Part shown: piece by piece, positions 57,601-64,000 of the stretch | Layout: every line of letters begins with the position of its first letter | Position numbering within the stretch: position 1 is the first letter of the stretch | Source: Candidatus Latescibacterota bacterium | GTDB taxonomy: Bacteria > Latescibacterota > UBA2968 | Direction of reading: 5' to 3' | DNA length: 64,000 bases | Assembly: GCA_965222605.1 (NCBI GenBank) | Contig: OZ244960.1 | Coordinates: 3,520,001 to 3,584,000, forward strand | The notes under the pieces: generated by a model | Databases searched by the model: none | Seen by the model: the letters and a program-made list of their open reading frames with translations, nothing else | What the model was told of the DNA's origin: nothing | Program-made: the position numbers and the translations under genes

Positions 57601-60600
57601 GTTTGTTGGCCGTTGAGATAGAGTTCTTGAAGCGATGACAGTCCGGAAAAGAGATTTGCCAGCAAGCTGCTGAGTTGGTTTTCGTCCAGACGGAGCGTTT
57701 CAAGTGTTGTCAAGCTGGAAAATACACCCGTTGGCAGGGAGGTTGATTGTAGATCGTTCTCGTGCAGCCAGAGTGTTTCCAGCGCGGTTAGACCCGAAAA
57801 CGCGTTTGCATTCAGGCTGCTGAGGTCGTTTTCCTCCAGGTAGAGTTCTTCCAGTACCGACAGGTTGGAAAAGATATTCGCTGGCAGTGTGGTGAGTGTG
57901 TTTCTATCCAGGTCGAGCCTTTGTAGTGCCGACAGGTTGGAAAAGATATTCGCATCCAGACTGCTGAGGTCGTTGTTATCCAGGCCGAGCCTTTTCAGTA
58001 CCGACAGGTTGGAGAAGATATTCGCTGGTAGGCTGGTGAGTTCGTTGCTGGACAGGTAGAGTTCTTCCAGTGCCGACAGGTTGGAGAAGATATTCGCATC
58101 CAGACTGCTGAGTTTGTTACCGGGTGGAGAAAGTACTTTCAGTGCCGACAGATTGGAGAAGATATTCGCTGGTAGGCTGGTGAGGTCGTTGCTGGACATA
58201 TAGAGTTCTTCCAGTGCCGACAGATTGGAGAAGATATTCGCATTTAGGCTGCTGAGGTCGTTCCTGGATAGAGAAAGTTCTTTCAGTGCCGACAGGTTAG
58301 AGAAGATATTCGCATCCAGAGTGCTGAGGTCGTTGTCATGCAGGTAGAGTATTTCCAGTGCCGACAGATTGGAGAAGATATTCGCATTTAGGCTGCTGAG
58401 GTCGTTGTTGGACAGATAGAGTTTTTTTAGTGCTGTCAGTTCGGAAAATGCGTCCGCGTCCAAAGTACTGAGATCGTTGAAATTCAGGGAGAGTTCTTCC
58501 AGCGCAGTTAGCCCGGAAAAGACGTTATCGGGTAACGTGGTGAGGGAGTTAAAGGTCAGGATGAGGTCTTGCAACGCGATCATCCCGGAAAAGTCGTTGG
58601 CTTTTAGCGTCGAGATGTTTTCGTTAAACAGGGAGAGGCTGGTGATCGCAGACAGATGGTCCGCCGTGACAGCGCCGCAAGTGCTAACAGGCGATGCAGC
58701 TATAATTGCGTCGCGGACCTGTGCGGTGCGGCTGCAGACACTGACGATCTGGACCTGAGTCTCGTTCGCCACCGTCAGTGTCGTGAAGGCGACGGCCGGG
58801 TTATGCGCCCTGTCGCGGATCGGGTTGGTTCCCGGCGTGTAGGCCAGTATTACCGTCTGACCCGATGTTACGGCAGAGGCGAGGGTGAGTTCCACCTCGC
58901 TGCTACGCATCGTAACCGTAGAGACGCTCCTCGCCGTGCCATCTACGGTAACCGCAAAGTCGCTGGTCGCTGGTTTTGAATTGCTGTCGAGCACTTCGCC
59001 GTAGGTCAGTGCCAACTCGTCGTCCTTTACTTCTGCGTCGGTAAGCCCCGGCGCGATGCCATCGACCTTGTGGCTGGACTGATTGGTGCGCGCCGCGTGT
59101 ACCAGGTCCGCGGTTATGGCAGTATTGTGTCTGCGGATGCGCCCGCCGTTGAGCTTGAGGCCATTGGCGTTGATGGTTGCCCCGTCGGTGTCTTCGTCGG
59201 TGTTCTGCACGGTGTATTGGAATACGAGCTGGGTCGTGCCCGAGCCGCTTTTATAGTCGGCCTGGTGTACTGTTTTATCTATCGTGAGGTCAATCTGAGG
59301 TGTGCCTGTGACTGTTACCGCCTCGTTGAAGGTTACGGTGATATCCATTATGTCATTCAGCTTGTAGGTGTTGTTCTGCCCAGAGGCCGGGGCGGAGGTG
59401 AACGCGACGCTCGATACTGTCGGCGCGGTGAGCGTGGTTCCGCTGCCTATATTGGACCACGCGCCCTTCCCTTCGGCGTTCTCTGCCTGCACCTGTATCT
59501 GGTAGGTCGTGCCCGAGCGCAAGCCGGTGATGGTGCGGGTTCGGGAGGGACCAGTGTCTGACCAGTCGGTGAACGCACCACTTATGCGGTATTGCACATG
59601 GTAGTTCGTGATGTCGGGACCGGTGTTTGTCGGCTCGTCCCAACTCACGGTCAGGCTATTCTCCGTCTCGTTGCTCGCCGTGGGTGGATCGGGCTTGCCC
59701 GGCGGTTCGTCCTCATCTTCTACAGTGACAGTTATCTCTTGCGTTACTGTTCGCGCCCGGGTGTCCGCGCCGCCAGTCGCTGTGACCTCTATGATGTATT
59801 CGTTGTTGTTCCCAGAGTCCGCCGGACGCTCGAAGTCCGGATCATCCTGGAAGTGCAATTGATTCGTGTTGGTGATCTCAAACTCGTTCTGGTCGGATCC
59901 GCCGGTGACTTCGTAGCCTGTGATGCGATCGGCTCTGTCGATATCATCGGCAGCCATTCTGCCGACAAATTTGTTATTTTCTTTGACTGTGAAGGCATCG
60001 TCGCTGGTGAAATGGGGCAGTTCGTTCTCGTCGGTGACGGTGATGGTGATGGTCTGCGCTGCGGTCAGTGCGCGGCCACCCGTGCCGCCGGTTACTGTGA
60101 CCTCGACGATGTATGTGTTGTTCCTTCCGCTATCCGTGGGATTCTCAAAGTTGGGGGCGTCCTTGAAGGTCAAAGTGCCTCCGCTATTGATCTCGAGCAG
60201 GTCCCGGTCACTGCCTCCGGTGATGGTGTACCCGGTGATGCCATCGCCGCTATCGACATCCTCGGCATCCACCAGGCCAGCGAACTGGTTATTTTCTTCC
60301 GCCTCGAAGGTCGCATCGCTGATAAATGTGGGCGGTTCGTTGACATCGTTCAGGTCAATGAACACGGGGATGGCACTATCGCCGCTGTGCCCGTCGGTTG
60401 CTTTCACATCCACAAGATAGCTGGGTTGTGTCTCGTAGTCGTAGGTCTGACCCGATTTGGTGCGAATCTGACCGTTGCGTGTGTCAATGGTGAAGGCATC
60501 CTTGTCCTGTCCTTCGAGGCTATAGGCCAACGTGGTGTTCTCGGGGTCAGTTGCACTGATTGGATCACCGATGTTGTGGACGCCTGTGGTGTTTTCGTCA

Positions 60601-63600
60601 AAGCTGCGCGTGGCACTCGATCTATCGGTGAATACTGGCAACTCATTGGCACTGGTGCTTCCCGTGCCCGAGGTGGACCAGTCGCTCCAGCCTTCGGCGT
60701 TGTGCGCTCGCACCTGTGCCTCATAACTCGTGCCCGGGGTCCGACCAGTGATGGTCGCGGTGCGTTCCGTACTGTTGTGAGAATAGGAGGTGAAGCCGCC
60801 GCTGTCGCCTTCGCGGTATTGCACGTTGTAGCGATTGATGTCCGGACCGGTGTTTGTCGGCTCGTCCCAGGTCACAGTCAGGCTGGTCGATGAGGCCGCT
60901 GAGACGCTGGGAGGGTTTGGCGTCTCGGGTGGTTCCTGTTCGTCTATCAGGTTGATTGTCACTTCGATGGTGTTGCTGCCGCCCTGACCGTCTTCTACGC
61001 GCACTGTCACTTCATATCTGTTCTTCTCCTCAAAGTTGTAGATGACGCCCGATAGGGTCTGAAGCTGGTTGCCATCGAGAGAGAAGGAGGCCTGGTCCGT
61101 GCCTTCGAGGCGGTAGGTCAGTGTGCCTCCGTCGCGGTCAGTGGCGGTTATGGGGTTGCCGATGTTGTGGGTGCCAGTCGTGTTCTCTGCTATCCTGCGG
61201 GTAGTACTCGAACCCTCATTAAACGTGGGTGCCTGATTGGCGACAGTGCTCACAGTAACGGATTCGGACCACTGGCTCTGTCCTTCGGGGCTGCGTGCGA
61301 GGACTTGCACTTCGTATTGCGTGTTGGCCGTCAGGCTGGTGATGGTCGTACTTGTACTGCGACTGGTGTGTGGCCAGTCGGTGAATGTGCCACTGCTCTC
61401 CTTATACTGCACATCGTAGTCGTTGATGTTGGGACCGGGATTGGACGGGGCTGTCCAACGTATGGATAGGCTATTCAGTGTTGAGGCCGTCACCGAGGGA
61501 CGGTCAGGTCTGTCCGGTTGTTCGTTGTCGTCATCGGTTATGTCAATTGTCACTGTGATGGTCGTACGTCCGCCCTGATCGTCCGCTGCTTCTACCGTTA
61601 CCGAATAGCGATTTCGCGCCTCAAAGTTGTAATCAACGCCGGTTTGGGTCTGAAGTTGGCCGTTGCTTGAGAGGATGGCGAATTGATCTGTATCGCCGCC
61701 TGTAAGACGGTAGCTCACTGTGCGGCCTTCGGGGTCGGTCGCGCTTATCGGGGTACCGATGTCCTGGCTACCAGGGGTGTTCTCGGCGAGGCTGCGCGTT
61801 GGTGAGGTTTCGTCGAATACTGGCCGCTGGTTGGCACTGGTGGTGCCAAAGCCTGAGGAGGACCACAGGCTCGGTCCTTCGTCATTGTGCGCCTTCACCT
61901 GCACTTCGTAGCGCGTGTTCACGTCAAGGTCTGTGATGGTTGTGGTTATACTGGTGTTATTGTGCGGATGGGGGATGAAGCTGCCGCTGCCTGTTCGATA
62001 TTGTACGTCGTAGTCGTAGATGTCGGGACCGGTGTTTGTCGGCTCGGTCCATGTCACGGTCAGGCTGGTCGATGAGGCTGGCGCTACTTGTGGTCTGGCC
62101 GGTCTCTCGGGCGGTTCGTTTACATCGCCCACATAGATGGTCACGTCAATGGTGGCTGTGCCACCGCGATTGTCGTCTGCGGTTATTGTCACGTCATAGC
62201 TATTCTTTAGCGCTTCGTGGTCATAAGTGATGCCTGACCGGGTGCGAAGCTGACCATTGCTTGCGTTGATGGTGAAGGAATCGGCATCGTCCCCGCTGAG
62301 GCGGTAGGTCAGGCGGTCACGGTCATCATCAGTGGCGCTGACCGGGTGCTGGATGTTTTGATTGGGTGCCGTGTTCTCAGCCACACTGCGGGAGGTGTTC
62401 GCACCGTCGTTGAAGGTGGGAGCCTGATTAGGGCCCGGTGGAGGAGGGGGTGGCTGTGGTTGTGGTGGCTGTGGTTGTGGTGGCTGTGGTCGTGGTGGTT
62501 GTGGTCGTGGTGGCGGGGACGTCCCTCCTCCGCCCCCTCCCCCTCCTCCTCCGCCACTCAGCGCAGAGGTCGTCCACTCTCCAGACTCAGACCACGCACT
62601 CGTGCCTTCCTCGTTGTGCGCGCGCACCTGTATCGCATAGCGCGTGCTTGAAAATAGTCCCCTCAGGCGCACCGTCCGTCCTGTGCCGTCATAATTTGCA
62701 TCGATGAACTCATCACTGTCGGCTTGGCGGTATTGCACATCGTAGTCGGTGATCTCAGGACCGGTGTTTGAAGGTTCTGTCCAGATTACCGTCAGGGTTG
62801 TGGGCGCAATCGCCGAGACACGCGGTGGGGCAGGTTGCATAGGGGGTTCATCGATGTCGTTGATGGCAATACCGACAGCAAGGCTGGCCTCACCACCTTC
62901 GCCATCACTGACATAGACGATGAGGGAATAGTTGTCCTTCTGCTCAAAGTTATACGTCCCTTTTGTCTGAATGTGTCCTGTGCTCTCGTCTATGGCAAAG
63001 CTGTCTGCATCGTCCCCGCTGAGGCGATAGGTGAGGGTATCGCCATCGCCATCGGTTGCTAAGATGGGGTCGCCTATGGGCTGTCCGGAGGGGGTGTTCT
63101 CATCTACGGAGCGCGTCACGGGAGGTTCTGACGTGAAGACAGGTGCGCGGTTGACGACTTTGCCAAAGCTATCGACGAAGATCAGAAAATCGGGAATCCC
63201 AATCTCGCCATTGACATCCAGATCATATTTTGCCTTATACGCCTCTTGACCTTTTTGAGAACCAAACGCATCGACAAAGAGCAAAAAGTCCGGGATGCCC
63301 ACCGTTCCACTCCTGTCAAAGTCCGGAGAAGGCGGTTTGGCAATCCTCAAGGTAATGCTCAGGTCCATTGGTACGGTCTCAGTCTGTCCCTCTCGCACAA
63401 GTCTTGCACGCACCAATCGTATGTCTGTGCCTGAAAACGCATCGCTCGTGCGAAAGCGAATGGTGCCTATAAGACCGCTGATTGCATTGCCAGCCGATAA
63501 GGTTATCCCGATATTTGCAAAATCCTTTCCCGTAAGCGCAGAGGTGCCAGATACGATATTCGACCGCTTAAATCCTTCGTAAGCAACCTGCGTGGGATCG

Positions 63601-63851
63601 AATTCAACGCGCAGGGAGATATCGCTTGCAGACGCAATATCTGTGCCGAAGATTTGGATGGGAACCGTGCGATTGGGAAAGACATCGAGAGAGGAGACAG
63701 CTTGATCGCCTTCAGAATCGTCCAAATCCAGAGAAATGGAAAAGCTGCTGGTCTGGGTGGATAGGGACCATGGGAATAGCAGGAGCAGAAGGCTCAGCAA
63801 ACTGACGGTGACGAGCGCGAGTGGAAAAAATTTAACGCGGGAGGGAATCAT
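54633..63851 (-). CDS. Giant secreted/surface protein: cohesin-like + dockerin-like EF-hand, alternating cadherin/FN3 repeats, SwmB-like, LRR array, leishmanolysin-like (M8) zinc peptidase
   Basis: Cadherin motifs (ATDxDGD, INDxDE), FN3 (WTEPxNTGPDITDYDVQYR), 24-aa LRRs, HEIGH...H...ELMTP metzincin motifs; start MIPSRVK. Confidence 0.9.
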   Translation of the reverse strand: MIPSRVKFFPLALVTVSLLSLLLLLFPWSLSTQTSSFSISLDLDDSEGDQAVSSLDVFPNRTVPIQIFGTDIASASDISLRVEFDPTQVAYEGFKRSNIVSGTSALTGKDFANIGITLSAGNAISGLIGTIRFRTSDAFSGTDIRLVRARLVREGQTETVPMDLSITLRIAKPPSPDFDRSGTVGIPDFLLFVDAFGSQKGQEAYKAKYDLDVNGEIGIPDFLIFVDSFGKVVNRAPVFTSEPPVTRSVDENTPSGQPIGDPILATDGDGDTLTYRLSGDDADSFAIDESTGHIQTKGTYNFEQKDNYSLIVYVSDGEGGEASLAVGIAINDIDEPPMQPAPPRVSAIAPTTLTVIWTEPSNTGPEITDYDVQYRQADSDEFIDANYDGTGRTVRLRGLFSSTRYAIQVRAHNEEGTSAWSESGEWTTSALSGGGGGGGGGGGTSPPPRPQPPRPQPPQPQPPQPQPPPPPPGPNQAPTFNDGANTSRSVAENTAPNQNIQHPVSATDDDRDRLTYRLSGDDADSFTINASNGQLRTRSGITYDHEALKNSYDVTITADDNRGGTATIDVTIYVGDVNEPPERPARPQVAPASSTSLTVTWTEPTNTGPDIYDYDVQYRTGSGSFIPHPHNNTSITTTITDLDVNTRYEVQVKAHNDEGPSLWSSSGFGTTSANQRPVFDETSPTRSLAENTPGSQDIGTPISATDPEGRTVSYRLTGGDTDQFAILSSNGQLQTQTGVDYNFEARNRYSVTVEAADDQGGRTTITVTIDITDDDNEQPDRPDRPSVTASTLNSLSIRWTAPSNPGPNINDYDVQYKESSGTFTDWPHTSRSTSTTITSLTANTQYEVQVLARSPEGQSQWSESVTVSTVANQAPTFNEGSSTTRRIAENTTGTHNIGNPITATDRDGGTLTYRLEGTDQASFSLDGNQLQTLSGVIYNFEEKNRYEVTVRVEDGQGGSNTIEVTINLIDEQEPPETPNPPSVSAASSTSLTVTWDEPTNTGPDINRYNVQYREGDSGGFTSYSHNSTERTATITGRTPGTSYEAQVRAHNAEGWSDWSTSGTGSTSANELPVFTDRSSATRSFDENTTGVHNIGDPISATDPENTTLAYSLEGQDKDAFTIDTRNGQIRTKSGQTYDYETQPSYLVDVKATDGHSGDSAIPVFIDLNDVNEPPTFISDATFEAEENNQFAGLVDAEDVDSGDGITGYTITGGSDRDLLEINSGGTLTFKDAPNFENPTDSGRNNTYIVEVTVTGGTGGRALTAAQTITITVTDENELPHFTSDDAFTVKENNKFVGRMAADDIDRADRITGYEVTGGSDQNEFEITNTNQLHFQDDPDFERPADSGNNNEYIIEVTATGGADTRARTVTQEITVTVEDEDEPPGKPDPPTASNETENSLTVSWDEPTNTGPDITNYHVQYRISGAFTDWSDTGPSRTRTITGLRSGTTYQIQVQAENAEGKGAWSNIGSGTTLTAPTVSSVAFTSAPASGQNNTYKLNDIMDITVTFNEAVTVTGTPQIDLTIDKTVHQADYKSGSGTTQLVFQYTVQNTDEDTDGATINANGLKLNGGRIRRHNTAITADLVHAARTNQSSHKVDGIAPGLTDAEVKDDELALTYGEVLDSNSKPATSDFAVTVDGTARSVSTVTMRSSEVELTLASAVTSGQTVILAYTPGTNPIRDRAHNPAVAFTTLTVANETQVQIVSVCSRTAQVRDAIIAASPVSTCGAVTADHLSAITSLSLFNENISTLKANDFSGMIALQDLILTFNSLTTLPDNVFSGLTALEELSLNFNDLSTLDADAFSELTALKKLYLSNNDLSSLNANIFSNLSALEILYLHDNDLSTLDANIFSNLSALKELSLSRNDLSSLNANIFSNLSALEELYMSSNDLTSLPANIFSNLSALKVLSPPGNKLSSLDANIFSNLSALEELYLSSNELTSLPANIFSNLSVLKRLGLDNNDLSSLDANIFSNLSALQRLDLDRNTLTTLPANIFSNLSVLEELYLEENDLSSLNANAFSGLTALETLWLHENDLQSTSLPTGVFSSLTTLETLRLDENQLSSLLANLFSGLSSLQELYLNGQQTSHELSSLNANTFSGLTALKTLWLDNNNLSSLPNSVFSKLTELTTLKLSYNNLSSLPDSVFFKLTELTTLKLESNTVDPLPITISLESVTSGIFRAKAHTGAPFAMLLPLYVVNGTIDGGASSIEISQGNIQSNTLTISRTTGTTAAVTADIGTLPDLPPDDSGYALVKSTDLPLTVIDAEPGVNIYPTALTIPEGNSDTYTAVLTSQPTADVTVTVTVPTGSDASASPSPLTFTQDNWNTSQAVTVTTQTDTDNTDDTVTLTHAVSGGNYQSVTAENVTVTIAEVDVSTNNSPVFTSANIFDIDENETEVGTVVATDADARDYITGYEITGGAAQALFSITSGGVLTFVTAPDYERPSTTASNNRYVIVVTATSGTGTRERTATQTITVVVDDVDEPPGQPPAPILVLSGVRVPIIEVSQGRTQPTNTGPDITAYDIQYRVVNTGDFKSTSLTLGPDRDWPVRIEELNRNQTYEVQVRAINDEGESEWSPSAEMTIPNTSPIASSIDDVTLPAGGAVERVDVDDVFDDPDDSRLRYTASSSNSAAATVQMSNNVVLITPVATGTATITVTATDPWGASTSTTFDANIQTPTLSAPTLSISGNLFTIGFTDNFAANEIRAYRIRVRQKTPIAGGAAGCVIIANDNNIPTTFPITLEDLISDFFEPGTTYEADYGYLGTDCGDSVIGVRSATAEATTDGTPSFDIDLVFVGSISSKYRTAVETATQRWEQIIAGDIPNHHLSSSSRSFLNRIYPGTTAPEVVDDLRIYVEIEEIDGEGGTLGQAGPDLWRIPSSLPIAAGIELDEDDLGTMSNQLLAALILHEIGHTLGFGVEPWDDHNLLKNPSIDVYNNRIVPAPDTHFSGANAIAAFNAAGGSSYMGAKVPVENSYGGAGNRDSHWRESVLDNELMTPRLASTGPYPMSAITIQSLADLGYRVDVTQADAYTLPSSSSTTGVRAAEGLPINCTITIHPDAGPDKPEPITLNLKPAGN
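57390..58630 (-). repeat. 72-bp coding tandem repeats (24-aa LRRs)
   Basis: Repeated LxxLxLxxNxLxxLxANIFSNLSA units with high nucleotide identity. Confidence 0.9.
62440..62560 (-). repeat. Poly-Gly and (PQPPQ/R)n linker; 15-bp coding repeats
   Basis: ggtggctgtggttgt-type units. Confidence 0.85.
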
Positions 63852-64000
63852 AATTTTATGGTGCCGACGGGTTATCTTAAAAACTGATGTTACGCAGTCG
63901 TGCATTTATAGTGTTATATTCAAAGCAATGACTTAATCTGTTGGCACTATGATCATATTCAAAATCGCATGGTCAAGGGACTGAACCTCCTCAATTGTGT

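Noticed and set aside
57390-58630. 72-bp periodic repeats as a CRISPR-like array
   Set aside because: Fully explained by in-frame 24-aa LRRs.
1-64000. rRNA, tRNA, cas, integrase or prophage genes
   Set aside because: None recognisable in the ORFs or intergenic regions.

Overview
Bacterial chromosomal window; its gene content (five Cys-type sulfatases, sugar-acid catabolism, a 3,000-aa cadherin/FN3/LRR/peptidase secreted protein, many toxin-antitoxin modules) resembles marine sponge-symbiont genomes of the Latescibacterota/Gemmatimonadota type (inference). Core genes include the arg operon, S9 peptidase, beta-CASP nuclease, K+ channel, dgoD, rhaB, a SelA-like enzyme and a dipeptidase. They are interspersed with accessory pieces: six TA-type loci, a Dcm/REase/TIR block with attC-like relics, an McrB-N/McrC-C deletion fusion, and adjacent IS982 and ISKra4 elements with visible TIRs and TSDs. 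Most notable: (1) ArgR carries a C-terminal antitoxin-like tail and is translationally coupled to an intact PIN toxin inside the arg operon, under tandem ARG boxes; (2) a DUF6883/DUF4926 gene pair lies exactly between two 38-nt CRISPR-type repeats of an orphan mini-array; (3) a UGA-recoded deiodinase-like selenoprotein with a SECIS hairpin that the ORF track splits; (4) a four-copy palindromic element at accessory-gene boundaries, one copy with an inverted loop; (5) a sigma-54 promoter with enhancer and IHF sites; (6) several in-frame internal deletions. No rRNA, tRNA, cas or integrase genes were seen. Family calls come from motif recognition only, not database searches.
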